Source: Octopus vulgaris (lineage: Eukaryota). From it: a stretch of DNA of 64,000 bases. A program made the translations under genes and the position numbers. This document shows, piece by piece, positions 38,750 to 51,869 of this stretch (positions within the stretch are counted from its first letter, which is position 1; each line of letters opens with the position of its first letter). The stretch is taken from positions 173,972,001 through 174,036,000 of the forward strand of contig OX597815.1 in the NCBI GenBank assembly GCA_951406725.2, given 5' to 3'. Below the pieces are notes generated by a model, which was given only the letters and a program-made list of their open reading frames with translations, did not search any database and had not been told where the DNA came from.

Positions 38750-39020
38750 TCATCTTCATCATCGTCATTTAATGTCTGCTTTCCATGCTGGCATGAGTTG
38801 GGCAGTTTGACTCTGATCTAGCAAGGTTTCTACAGCTGGATGCCCTTCCTAATGCCAATCACTCTGAGAATGTTGTGGGTGCTTTTTACGTGCTACCAGC
38901 ACAGGAGCCAGTCAGGTGGCCCTGGTATTGACCATGTTCAGATGGAGCTTTTAACATGTCACTGACACAGGGAGCCAGTCAGGTGGCACTGGCATTGACC
39001 CACGCTTGAATGGTGCTTAT
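38750..39020 (-). mobile_element. Family B tail with ~2 VNTR units
   Basis: Same motifs as 39115-39560. Confidence 0.8.
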
Positions 39021-39084
39021 TATATGCATATACACACATACATATTTACACACTTATACATACATGTGTGTGTGTACATATATA

Positions 39085-39114
<30 letters not shown>

Positions 39115-39115
<1 letters not shown>

Positions 39116-40240
39116 CATCAGTATCATCGTTGTTTAACATTCACTTTCCAAGCTGGCATGGGTTGGATGGTTTGACTGAGAACTGGTAAGCCAGGAGGCT
39201 GCGCTAGGTTCCAGTCTAATTTGACAAGATTCCTACAGCTGGATGCCCTTCCTAACACCAACCACGCCATGAGTGTAGTGGGTGCTTTTTATGTGCCACT
39301 GGCATGGGAGCCAGTCAAGCAGCACTAGCATTAGCCATGCTCAAATGGTTCTTTTTATGTGCTTCTAGCACAGGTGCCAGTCAGGTGGCACTGGCACTGG
39401 CCATGCTCAAATGGTGCTTTTTACATGCCACTAGCATGAGTACCAGTCAAGTGGCAGTGGCATCAACCACACTCGAATGAAACTTTTCATGTGTCACTGG
39501 CATAGGTACCAGTCAGGCAGCACTGGCATTAGCCACACTCAAATGGTGTTTTTTACATGTCACAACTATGATTTCACTTGGTTGAACAGGTCTTCACAAG
39601 CACACCATATCACCTAGCAATTGAAGGGTGCTTTTAAACAAGTCAGTAATATGACATTGGCATCAGTCACAACAACGATCTCACTAGACTTACTAAGTCT
39701 TCTCAAGCATGGCATATCTCCAAAGGTTGCTGGTCATTGCTTCTGTGAGGCCCAACATTCGAAGGTCATGCTACACCACCTCATCCCATATCAACCTCTT
39801 CAGCAGGTTCCGTCCACTGTTAGGGTGTGACATTTCTTCACACAGCTGTCCTTATCCATACACATCACATGACCATACCAGCACTGTTGTCTCTCTTTCA
39901 CACCACTTCTGATGCTTTTTATGTCCAACATTTCTCTCAGGGTGCTTACATTCTGTCATGTATGCACACTGACATTACACATCTAGCAAAGCATACTAGC
40001 TTCATTTCTTTCAAACCTACTCATTTCCTCAGCAGTCACAGCCCATGTTTAACTGCCATGTAGCATTGCTGTTCACACACAGGCATTATACAGTCTACCT
40101 TTCACTCTGAGTGAGAGGCTCTTTATTACTAGCAGAGGTAGGAGCCCTCTGAACTTTGCCCAGCCTATTCTTATTCTAACAGCTACACTCACATAGCATC
40201 CACCCCTGGTACTGATTTGGAAGCTATCAACTACTTCTAG
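39115..40240 (-). mobile_element. 5'-truncated RTE LINE: RT C-terminus, 3'UTR with 66-bp VNTR and (ATG)n tail
   Basis: The minus strand reads as ARIG..KFR.LLPLL..., LY.ACV..AMLHG and GR..WDEVV..DL motifs, followed directly by the family B tail. VNTR units start at 39281, 39347, 39413, 39479 and 39545. Confidence 0.85.
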
Positions 40241-40600
40241 TTTTTTTCCCTTTCATCAGCCTAATCCACTCACAAGGTTTTGGTCTGCTCCAGGGCTATA
40301 GTAGAAGACACTTTCCCACTTTCCCAATTACATAGCCTTACCTGTGCCAAAGTAGTTAAGTAGTTATTAATTTGGGATAATTAGATAAATCCATAATAGT
40401 AAGTAAGCAAATTTGGTAAGTCAGCAACAGTAATTCATTTAGCTGAGTAAATTGAAGTCATGAGCAATAAAGAACATAGTAGATAGTCCAATTTTAAAAC
40501 AGGCATCTATTATGACTGAGTCATATGGTTTTAATAACATTATCCATGTGGTACACTAAAACTGTTTTGTAGATAGAAATGGCAAGCATGTTTTATTTAA

Positions 40601-40757
40601 CACTTTCGCATTTAAACAGGTCATATCCAGCTTCTCCCACCTACCCTATAATGTCATTCTAAACAATCACATCTTTAAAATCTTGAATCTATGAGATAAT
40701 GTATGATTAATTCAAAACAGTGTGAATAAGTATGTAATCTGAATGAATGTCACAAGG
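40601..40757. mobile_element. piggyBac-type MITE, older copy of 37586-37804
   Basis: TTAA on both sides; shared CACCTACCCTA.AATGT.ATTCTA and GAGATAATG.ATGATTAATTCAAA. Confidence 0.75.
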
Positions 40758-41054
40758 TTAAGAACTTCATTTAATGTGCATATTCTTTTACTTGTTTCAA
40801 TTATTGGACTGTGGTAATGCTGGAGCACATGTTCATAATAAAATAGAAAATAACCAGTTATTTAAAATACTCTAATATTGGTAGTTACATCTAATGGTAT
40901 CATATACTGGGTCATTAACTTGTTGACTTAAGGGTATAGGGAAAATAGGTACACCTGGGTAATTGAAACTGAGTAATGGACCTGGTTTGATGAAATCTTA
41001 CCTCACCTCTACAGTTACATCCTTGTGACTTTATATGATATTATTATTATTATT

Positions 41055-41089
<35 letters not shown>

Positions 41090-42215
41090 TATTATTATTA
41101 TTATTATTATTTGTGGTATTTCCAATGGAATGAAATTTGTTTTTTGTAAATAATTAATAAAATTCCTATGCTGGAATTCAGGCGACATTGAGCCAGTAGA
41201 TCCAAATTCCTTTATGTTTTATATAGTTTACAATTCAGCTGGTACACTAAACTTATGGAATTCAGGTCAATTGTCTTTGTTCATTCTTTCAGTTTACTAA
41301 GTTTTTCAATTTTATGGGGTAAATATTCTGTTACATAAATAAGTGCATTAATAATGATGAAGATAAGACTACCATTTAGTGTCAATTGTTCATTTTTATT
41401 CTATTCTGCAAAATCTTTTGTTGAAATTTTTATATCAGCCCAGGTTTCAGTTGGTAAACAAGAGAAGAAAAAGCATAAAATTTTTTGTATTATTTTCAAA
41501 CATGTGAATGCACTCAGTATTAAGGTGATTTTTTTTTTTAAGTGCTTCATTTAATTTTTTAGAATATAATTAACTTGCTGATATTTTGAACAATTACTGC
41601 TGGTGTAATTTAACTAATATTTTTTTCCTTTGTTATTTAGTAGCATTATTATGGCATCAAATTATTCAACTCAGACTTCATGTGGTCAAAACAGGTCACA
41701 AACTAACAAAAGTATTTTTTGTCCTTTTGTAGACATTAATGCATTGGAATGAAATATACTTTTTATTTAGAGAAACTCACATTCTAATCTCTATAGGGAA
41801 ATTGAAGCAAAATTGATGCAAACTAAATTTCACCAAATAAAAAACATGCTATTAATTTTTTTCTTTTTATTGTTTTTGCTTGTTTTTCAAAATGATGAAT
41901 ATGTATTCTTCACAAAATATAATACCACCCTCATATAAATTAATCTATAAAAATATACTTGAATAAATTTAATCTTAATTGCCAAGATTAAAATTTGTTA
42001 ATATTTGAAATAGTTTTCACTCATTTCCAGTTGTTTTGATGTCATTACATTTCTCCCAACTATATTGTATTTTCCCTCTTTTTACAGTCTTTTTTTTTTT
42101 CTTGAATGAGAAGTTTTGCAAATTTAAACATTTTCATTTTGTTGAAATGAAATTTTTTCCTACTTTGGATGCACTTCTTATCACAAACTTCACAATCATA
42201 AAATGGAAGACACAT

Positions 42216-42262
<47 letters not shown>

Positions 42263-42497
42263 TTACAAAGTAGACAGACAAGCTGAGTTATACATCCAAG
42301 AGTAGAACATTTTTTTGTTCTAATGCAAGCATCTTTCATGCCAGATTTTCCATACTATCATGAATAGCACAATTTTTGGAAATGTGAATATTTACATAGA
42401 AGCATGATGTTAAGGTGCTGAAGTGTTAATGACTACCTATCACATTTATCACAGTTCATAACCACTGAGGCACAATGCCATGGTTTTTAAATTATAA

Positions 42498-42623
42498 GAA
42501 TAGGGTGGAGGAAGTTCACAGAGCTATTATCTCTATTCACAAAAGTCTCTCCCTCTCTCTCTTTTTGACTGAAAATTAAATTGTATGATGCCGGTGTATG
42601 AACAGCTATGCTCCATGACAGTG
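42498..42623 (+). mobile_element. Small RTE RT fragment flanked by ~50-bp imperfect direct repeats
   Basis: GAATAGGGTGGAGGAAGTTCA.AGAGCTATTATCTCTATT...TTGTATGATGCC.GTGTATGAACAGCTATGCT matches 45525-45650. Confidence 0.75.
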
Positions 42624-43784
42624 ATTATGTCACAACTCATAATCACTGAGGCACACACAACACCATAGTTGTAAAATTAGAATTTTCAGTTAAAAATCCA
42701 GTTTAGTAACATACACATATGTAGAATTTTAAACATCAGAAAATAACCTGAGAATGGGTGGATGGAAAGTTATTGTCAAGCATAAGAACAGACATATAAT
42801 ATCTAGATAAATGAATATTTTATACAGGTAAAATAGTCAGTTTCTTTAGACATTGATAATTTTATAGAAATAAGAAAATCTAGCTTCATTTTTGTGCAAT
42901 TTTACCATCATCCCCATCTCTAAAATCATCCATGTCACTATCATTAACACTACCAACATTACTATCACTATCATTGTGACTAACCTAATTACTACAATTA
43001 TACCTAGCTCTCCCACCCCTATACCTGTTTCTGTTCACACTCTATACAAAGCTCAAAAACTACTAGCACCTCAACTTATCACTCTCATCTTTACAATACA
43101 ACTATCACACTCAGAACACCAACACCCACATTATCACAATATCAACACTCTATCAGCCCCATCACAACTAGCACTACCTTCTCCATAACTATCAAAACTA
43201 TCTTTACTGTAAATACAAATTATCTTTATAGCCCTAAGGAAGGCTTCTTACTAGAACATACTATTTATTATTTCAATGTTGTTGGTGTTGTTGGTTGTTA
43301 ATATTGATGCTCTTTTATTGGTTGTTATTTTTGTAAACATTTTCTCTTTCTTTAATTTCAAATAGAATTCATGAATCATTGTTAAAATACTTTCATTGCC
43401 GTAATAAAAATCAACAACATTCATAACAACAATAACAATATATATATAAAAAAAACAGACTTTTCATAAACAAAAATAACAATGAACACTAACAAACCCA
43501 AATTTAGTTTGCATGTGTGCATCATATGATGTTTGATACAACTGCATGGAATTGAACAATACAAGATAACAAGAAGGTTACTAAAAAAAAAAAGAAAAAA
43601 CTTAAAACTTGTAATTTCCAAAAGTTTTATTTATTTAGTTATTTATTTATTTATTTATTAATATAACGGTATATGAATAATTTCTAGTGTGTGATATTGC
43701 AGCTACATCAGATTCACAATGAGAAGACACTGTAAAGATGGCATCTTATAAAACAGGTGACTTGGAAATCAGTGCATGTCACTA

Positions 43785-44081
43785 GTAGTGGTGGCGGTGG
43801 CAGCGGTAGTGGTATTGGTGGTGGTGGTGGTGGTTGTGGTGGTGGTGGTAGTAGAGGGAGAAAGGAATGTTTAAATGAAAATACGATAGGGGATGAAACA
43901 GATACAATAATTGGAGAGTGAGAAACGAAGGAAACGGATGTGAAGGAGGAGAATGGAAAAGGCTGAGAGAACAACAATAGCAACAATAATAACAAAATTA
44001 AAGCTAAAGAAGAAAAAGGAGTTGTTGAGAAAATGAGAAAAAGTTGTATGGTAGAAGATGAAGGAAATACTAGAGAAACAT

Positions 44082-44114
<33 letters not shown>

Positions 44115-44129
44115 TGAGACATAGATGAA

Positions 44130-44162
<33 letters not shown>

Positions 44163-44171
44163 GGGTAGATG

Positions 44172-44210
<39 letters not shown>

Positions 44211-44500
44211 GGGTAGATGGATAGATAGATAGACAGACAGACAGATAGATAGATAGATAGATAGACAGTGAGACAGAGAGAGAGAGATAAAGAGAAATAG
44301 ATAAGAAGAGAAAGAGACATAGATAAACAAATAGATAGGCAGGTAGGCTGGTAAATAGGCAGGTAGGTAGAAAGGTGGGTATGTAGACATGTAGGTAAAG
44401 AGAGACAGAGAGAAAGAGATAGTGAAAGAGAGAAAGTGTAAGAGAGAGATAGAAAGAGAAAGAGAGAGAGAAGAGAGTAAGAAAAAGAATAAGCAAGAGA
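43785..44500. repeat. Purine-rich low-complexity tract: (GGT)n, (GA)n, (GATA/GACA)n
   Basis: Read directly; it explains the long Leu/Ser ORFs on the minus strand. Confidence 0.9.
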
Positions 44501-45269
44501 GTGGGAGAGATACGTGGTGGTGAGACAAGTTAAGAAGGAAATGGAAATATGAGAATGAAATGAAATAACAGAATGAATAAAGAGCAATGAGAAAAGATGA
44601 TAAAAAATTTTGAAATGAAACTCTAAATAATAAAGATTGAGATGAAGATGTCAGAAACATGGGGATTAATATACATACAAATAGATATAATCTATATCAT
44701 TTTGTATACCATAAAAGATCTTAAATCTCAAATTCTTGTTTACAAACCTAATTATTGTTTAATACTGTTTATCGCTTACTTTAAAATTTTATATATGTGT
44801 GTATACACACAGACACAGCTTTACACATATGCATACACACACTCACACACACTAACACACACACACAGCTGGATGTTATGTATTCATATTACAATTTTAA
44901 GTTTTATCATTGTATAGCTTATCTGGTAATGTAGGATAAGTAAAACGGTTATGTTAAATATTAAGAAATCATAATTTATTATTTTAAAAATACATCAATT
45001 ATAATTCAGCAATTCTATTTCAAATCTTTAAATGTTTGTTTTCATTGGCTTCTATGTTAAGAGGTTTTATATGGTCATGTATAAGTGTATGCAAGCAACG
45101 GTGTGTATTAAAACAGGCTAATGACAATGTGCAATCAAAGTATATACAAGCTTTGAGTCGTCTCTTACATTAATATTGCATTAAAGTTGTATATGCATGC
45201 GCGTGCACGCGCACACACACACACTCATCTAATCTATGCTAGCATGGAAAAATGGATGTAATAGAATTA

Positions 45270-46000
45270 GAAAAGAAATTCCAGGTGTGGGAGCAAAACT
45301 TGAAATTAAAGAGCCTTAGAGTTAACTTAGTAAAGACCTAAGTACTAGTAAGCAGGATAACATTCAGAACTCTACTCCCTAGGAAAACATGGAACAATTG
45401 TAGTTCATATTTAATGAACACCAAGGACAAATGAGGGATAGATTTTCTAAACTGCACCTAGGCTACCTAGGTGACTGAATTAATGGTGGAGGAGGATGCT
45501 CTGAAAATATAGCAGCTAGACTAAGAATAGGATGGAGGAAGTTCAGAGAGCTATTATCTCTATTGGCAAAGGTCTCTCTTCTCCCTTTCTCTCTCTGTGA
45601 AAGATTGTATGATGCCTGTGTATGAACAGCTATGCTACATGGCAGTGAAACATAGACACTTGAATGTAGGGGACATGTGAAGACTAGAGAGGAATGAAAT
45701 TAATATGTTTCAATGGATGTGCAATGTCATGTTGAAAATTGAGCATAAGAGGAATTAGATGTAGTGTGCAAGAAAAAATCTCCACTGGGTTGATCATGTA
45801 ATGCACATAAATGAGGACAGCTGCATAAAAAAGAGCCAATTGCTCAAAGTGGATGGAATTTGTAGAAGAGGGAGTCCTAGGAAGACATGAGAAAGAGTAG
45901 TGAAAGCTGACCTGAAGATTCTGAGCCTTATGGAAGAAGTGATAAAACACTGAGATGATTAGCAATTCACTGTGCCCAAGAAGACCTGTCTACCAAAGTA
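45270..46000 (+). mobile_element. RTE LINE RT C-terminal relic
   Basis: LKLKSLRVNLVKT*VL, GGGCSENIAARLRIGWRKFRELLSLL, LYDACV*TAMLHGSET and GSPRKT* motifs. Confidence 0.8.
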
Positions 46001-46289
46001 AAAATGATTTCTTTAAAGCATTCTGTTTATGCTCATAACTCATTCTGCCCTTCAAGCATTTCCCACATCTCATTCCCCTAACAACCTGCCCTCCATCATT
46101 CTTTTATCCATGGCACTACTTGGTGGCCATAATCTCTTGAGGGCAATATCAGCAAATATTACTCCTTCTTTTTTCTTTGCACTAGCAGTAACCTCCTCAC
46201 CACCTTGGAACTACTTCTATTTCTTATACTCATTATCCTCCCTTCTTTGTTCACACTATTTTCCTCAATCACCTCCTTCCATATAAATG

Positions 46290-49070
46290 CTAGAAATTTG
46301 GAACTCTGCCTTATTTTGTTAAAACTTTGGATTGGTTTACAAAAGAGGTTCTGAACCCAATAGAGCAAATAAATTACAGGAAGTTTAATGTGTGAAAAGG
46401 CATTATTTCCACCATATAGCTGGCTGAAATATAAAATTTCGATCATTTCATTCACTCAGAAAGTCTCATATTTCTTTAAAATTATTCTTACCTGACTTTA
46501 CTCATTCAAGAGAACCAGCATTTGTTAGAACAGATAATTCTTAGTGAAAAGTCTCTGGTTTAATGCTTGTTAAAAGTTTGGAAATTTAACTCATCTAACA
46601 TATAATCAAACTCTATTAGAATTATTCACTTGATTTCATCCAAGCATGCTGTAATATATCTCTCAGGAGGTTAGGTATCTATTAAAATAAAAAGATATTG
46701 CAATTTCTTTAAACTTTACTGCATGAGAACCAAGGACACTCAGTTCTATGCATGCACTGAGATGCAGGAACCAAGTTAACCTGTTTTTGATTGTGAGGTA
46801 CTTTCCAGAATTCTCCAAATTTCATATGATGTAGTACACATATTTTTTGACAACTTGATGATATCAATTTCAGCCAATTTCAACAAATTAATTCTCTATC
46901 TGCACATTAGTATGCAAAAATTTAACCATTGCAGTAAGGGTTAATACATGAATACACACCATTTCCACTATATGCATACTTAGCAAAAAAATTATCCAAC
47001 TCATAAAATGTCATATATCTTTAAAATTATTCTAGAATAACACAGTTGATGGCTCTCAGATATACTGAAATTGCTCATATAAAAGTTTCAATACCTGTCA
47101 TAATTAAAAAAGAAAGTAACTAATTTAATTTGTGAAATTCAGGTTCCACCTAGTGGAAATAGGAAATTTTGGATGTTCCACCAACTTTGGAAATACTATA
47201 GTTTATTAGAATTATTCATTTGAGGTACCCAAGAAGACTGAAATTGTTAATATAAGGACATATGCACACACTAGAATAGAACAATTTCACTTTCTGTAAA
47301 GTGTGAAAATTCACCATTTCCTCTGTACCATTAAATAATGGCATTTTAGCCATTTTCATCTAATTTATAATGCATTGATTATCTCTATAGTTGCTTATTA
47401 TGATGCATCTAAAAGGGATGATATATTTCGCTTAAGACATTTGAGATATGCTAGAATAAATAATTTTCATATTTTGTAAACTTCCACTACCTTTACTGAT
47501 CTCGTACATGTTAGAAAATTGGAATAATGCATCATCCTATCCTATATAAAAAGTCTCAGTTTTATTAAAATTCTTCATAATATGCTGTAAATAGTTCACT
47601 TAAGAGTCTCTGAACCTGCTAGAGTAGTTAGAGTAAAAACATTTCAACAATATCTGGGAATATACTATTTCCACAATAAGTATTACCAGACAGAAAAATG
47701 AAATTGTGACCATTTATATCCCAGATGAAAAATATTTAATATCTTTAAAATTATTCATATTACACCTCAACTTTAATACTTAAGAAATACTGCATTCATT
47801 AGAAGAGATTATTTTCCACTTTTTCAATGTGAAAATTCAGTATTTTCATCATTCCATCTAACTCATTGTCAAATTTGACCAGAATCACTTGTTTGCATTC
47901 AATAATACTGAAATAATTTTCATTAGAAATTCTGAACATTTTAGAAGAAAAAAAAAGATTGAAAATTCTTTAATGTGTGGATATGTGCCATTTTTACTCT
48001 ATGTGTAATCTGCTTGAAATTTGGAATTATATCTCATTCCACCCAATTGTCAAATTTCATCACAAACCATTCACTTGTTAACACATAATTATACTGAAAT
48101 AGCTTTCATAAGAGATTTACAGCATAATATAATGATAATATTTGAAATTCTTTAATATGTTAAAATGAACCATTTCTATGCTATACCAGCTAATAAATTG
48201 GAATTATGTCTCACTCCATTCATCTCAATGTTGAATTTCATCAGATTGATTCACTTGGTTTCACTCAAATCTGTTGAAACAGTTCAATCAAGAGAAACTC
48301 CACCTAGAAAACTAGAAAATTTTCAACTGCTTTAATATATGAAAATGCACCATTTCCAGTTAACCAGACAAAAATATAAAATTTTGTTCATTTTCAATCT
48401 ACTTATAAGGTGTCAAATATTTTTATAATTATTCATTTTATTAAACCCATACAAGGTTTGTGTATTTTACATAAAGGATTTTGCATTTGTTAGAATCAAT
48501 GCTTTTCAGATTAATGATATAAAATTTCACCATTTACACTAATCCCATAACTGTTAGAATTTTGGAATTTTGCCTCATTCCATGCAACTTAATATATATT
48601 TCATCAGAATTATTCACTCAGATACACACAAACATAGAAATACTCCACTTCTCAACTTAAGATTCCATGAATCTAACAGAATATATAAATTCAAATTCTT
48701 AATGCTATAAAATTGCATCATTTTCATCATAAGCACACCTTGCAGGAATATGAAATTTTGTCTATTTCTCCATTTTTAACAAGTTTCATATTTCTTTAAA
48801 ATTATTTCTATTGTTATTTATTTAGAATAGATAATTTTCAACATATTTCATGTAAACATTCACAATTTTCACTGATTCCATATCTGTTTCAAATTTGGAA
48901 TTTTGCCTCATTCCATCCAAATTAATGTTGTATTTCATCATGCTGAAACAGTTCAATTAAGAGATTCTGCATCTGTTAGAAAAAAATTTGGAATTCTTTA
49001 ATATGTGAAAAATGCACCATTTCAAATGTATGTGAAAATTGAAAATTTGACAATTTTCAATTAACTCAGA
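46290..49070. repeat. Diverged AT-rich tandem satellite, ~180-bp period, roughly 15 units
   Basis: Recurrent TTGGAATT..(G/T)CTCATTCC, ATTCACTTG, TACTGAAAT and TTTAAT..GAAAATGCACCATTT; the CATTT motif falls at 47989, 48171, 48351, 48531 and 48719. Confidence 0.75.
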
Positions 49071-49649
49071 AACTGTCATGTGTGTGTGTGTGTGTGTGTG
49101 TGTTCACATGCATGTGTGCATATGTGCATGTGTGCATGTGTGTGTGCATGCGTGTGTGTGTGTATGTGTGCATGCGTGTGTGTGTGTGCATGCGTGTGTG
49201 TGTGCATGCATGTGTGTGTGTGTGTGAGCATGTTTCTGCATGTACCTGGAAATATATGTAAATTAGAGTAGAAAATATTAATGTTAATTTTGAGATATAT
49301 TACAATTTATTTCAAACATGGCCTTGTGATCATTGAAGGAAAAAGTTGTCTTTTAAATGCAACTGTAAACATTTTTTTTACTATTTTACCAACAATTGGT
49401 GCTGTTTGGCACTTGAATCTTACAAGCAACAAACATGGAATATATTATATGTATGCTACTTATCTATAATAGGTTCTATACTTAGAGGCAGCTCTACAGG
49501 CTTAAAACATACACTTCTCAGTAGATCTTTTAATATATCCTCATGTATTAATAACCAATGATCTAAAGTAGAGCTGAGAAAAAATTGGCGGTACAAATAT
49601 TACATTAATATTAAAATTATATCAATATACCCCAAGCACAGTGTTCTGT

Positions 49650-50245
49650 TTCAATTACTAATTCCACCTTATCAAGAGTTCCTTCCACATTGAGCAATCA
49701 ACACTTCTTTATACAGCTGTCATCCCAGTGCGTCATGAGCCTGTGCAGTCTTCTCTTTTGGACACAAAATCTGATACCTCTTATGCCCAATTTTTCTCTC
49801 AATACATTTTCACTTTGTCAGATGTGCATAATGATTTTGCACATCCAGTAGAGCAAGCTGGCTTCATTCTTTCCAATCTTCACATATCCTCAGCATTTCA
49901 CTACTATATCCTCACATTTCACTATATAGCATTGCTGTACACAAGTGTCATACAATCTGCCTTTCACTCTAAGAGAGGCACCTTTTGTTGCCAACAGAGG
50001 ATATAGCCCTCTGTATTTTCTCCAGCTGGTTCATATTCTACCAACTATACTTTCCTCCACTGCTGATTAGATCATCTAGGTAATAGAAACTATCTACTAC
50101 CTCTAAGGGTCTTCCTGGGGATTCACGAAAATCTGTTTCCCATGTATTCTTAGTCATGTGCATCTGCCTGTATTTCTTGTGTGTCCATAGTTTGTTCTGG
50201 GCATACAGTATGAAATTTCTGCATACATCTTTTCTAAGATCTTTT
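49650..50245 (-). mobile_element. RTE LINE RT C-terminal relic
   Basis: ORF 50038-50397 end: RKDVCRNFI...LWTHKK...LEVVDSFYYLDDLISSGG; downstream LY..CV...MLY motifs. Confidence 0.8.
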
Positions 50246-50419
50246 TTCCTGAAGAGATAAGTGTATTGTTTATTTTCCTGTTTACTAAGAACGCACACAC
50301 ACACACACACACACCACCACCACCACCTCCACCACACACGCACACATGCATGCACATGCACACACGCACATATATGCACACATGTGCATACACACACACA
50401 CTCTCACACAAACACACAA

Positions 50420-51850
50420 CTTCCTGTCATCCAGCCATAGTGTTCAGAAACTTGGTAAAAGAAGTCAGCAAATGAACCTCCAACCTATTTTCAAGTAAAG
50501 AGATTTTTGATGAAACTGTCCTATACTACAATGAAGCACTGGCTGCCAGCACTTTTAAGGATAAAATTAATTATATGTTGGAGTCTAACCCCTCCAAGAG
50601 AAAACACCACCAGAAAGTGTTGTCATCATCATCCATAGATGAAACTCCATTGGTTGAAACTCCATTGACAATCCCTACAAGTGTTGTAGTTCATCTCCCA
50701 CTTCAACTTAAGTGTAAAAATTTGTGTGGGTAGAATTTTCCTTGGTTTAATGAATTAACACTTTCCCCATGCAAATAGGTTCAGTAAAATTTTTAATATG
50801 CACAGCTTAAGAGTTTTCTTTAACAGTGCACCTAATGTAAAGGAATATATTAGTTGATAGGCCTACACCTAAGACAGAGGCAGGACGCTCATGTAGAGGT
50901 AACACCATATGTCCATTTAATAGCCACTGTAATGCAGAAACAGTTATATATGAGACAGATGTAATGTCAAAAGCCAAAAATGAGCAACCAAACATGCAGA
51001 AGTATGTGAGAGTAATAGAGGGTCCCTTTGGGATCAGATTCAATAACCATAAGTCTCTTTCAATATCTTGGAGAGATGAAATACCATGGCCTCAGCCAGG
51101 CATCTTTGATCATTAAAAGAAAGTACCATGGGTAAGACATAAAGTGGAACATCTCAGAGAAGTGTAGAGCATATTTTAATAGCAGCAGAAAATGCAGATT
51201 ATGTTTAGCTGAGGAAAGAACAATATTAAAAATCTCTCAGTATCCAAACATCTACCTCAACTGCAGAAGTGATATCTTTAGCACTTGCCTACTTGAAAGA
51301 AGATATATTTTATTGTATCTATGAGCCCCACCATAACTATAATCACCAGTTCTCCACATCTGGCTCTTTCACCATCATATCCTGAGAATGTAGCAAAGAG
51401 TTTAATGAAAACATTTACAAACAAGCACAGACACATATGTACCCAAACATGGGCTTAAGAATTTGGACAACTATCCAGCACCCCCATTTCCCACCAAAAC
51501 CTTCTTCATATAATACCCCTATACATAGTCCAACCCTATACAAATACCAACCCCTAACCCCAACATGCATTTTCAGAAAATTCTTGTAGATTGACATCTC
51601 AAAGACTTTTGGAATCAAGGGATGTAACTCTCAACAAAACCCTTGCTCAGTTTGTTATGACATTTTTCACAGCACCTACAAACCAGATGTATTTTTTCAT
51701 CACAAATAACAGAGCAGTTAGTATATTTTTCCATATCTGCTAGCTCTGACAAGCACATGCTACTTCTTAACCATGTTGTTATCTAACAGCTGGTTTAATA
51801 CCCAGTGCAAAACCAGTTAGTAAAAATCATCCATAGTGGATATATGGTAC
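50420..51850 (+). mobile_element. Penelope-like element relic (RT thumb, Naiad-type GIY-YIG, 3' terminal region)
   Basis: SCHPAIVFRNLVKEVSK..SNL.SSKEIF...YYNEAL, HFPH.NRFSKIFN, SCRG..ICPFNSHC.AETVIYE, FGIRFNNHKS, IKWNI and RKCRLCLAEE...LNCRSDIFSTC, with multiple stops; decayed hammerhead at 51743-51821. Confidence 0.85.
51743..51821 (+). ncRNA. Inactivated hammerhead ribozyme relic in the Penelope 3' terminal region
   Basis: GCT-CTGACAA-GCAC[long hairpin]GTGC-AAAAC-CA-GT-T-AGT; restoring three CpG>CpA changes gives CTGACGA / GAAAC / palindromic ACCGGT. Confidence 0.55.
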
Positions 51851-51869
51851 CGTACACGTTAATATATAT

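Noticed and set aside
39281-39563. 66-bp periodic array as a CRISPR-like locus
   Set aside because: The whole unit repeats with no unique spacers, there are no cas genes, and it lies in a LINE 3'UTR.
43714-44660. 196-260 aa Leu/Ser-rich minus-strand ORFs
   Set aside because: They overlap in all three frames over GA/GATA low-complexity DNA, with no domain signal.
50880-51330. Selenocysteine (in-frame TGA) recoding, as reported for some Naiad elements
   Set aside because: I saw no TGA at the conserved Cys positions in either relic; the stops look like random decay.
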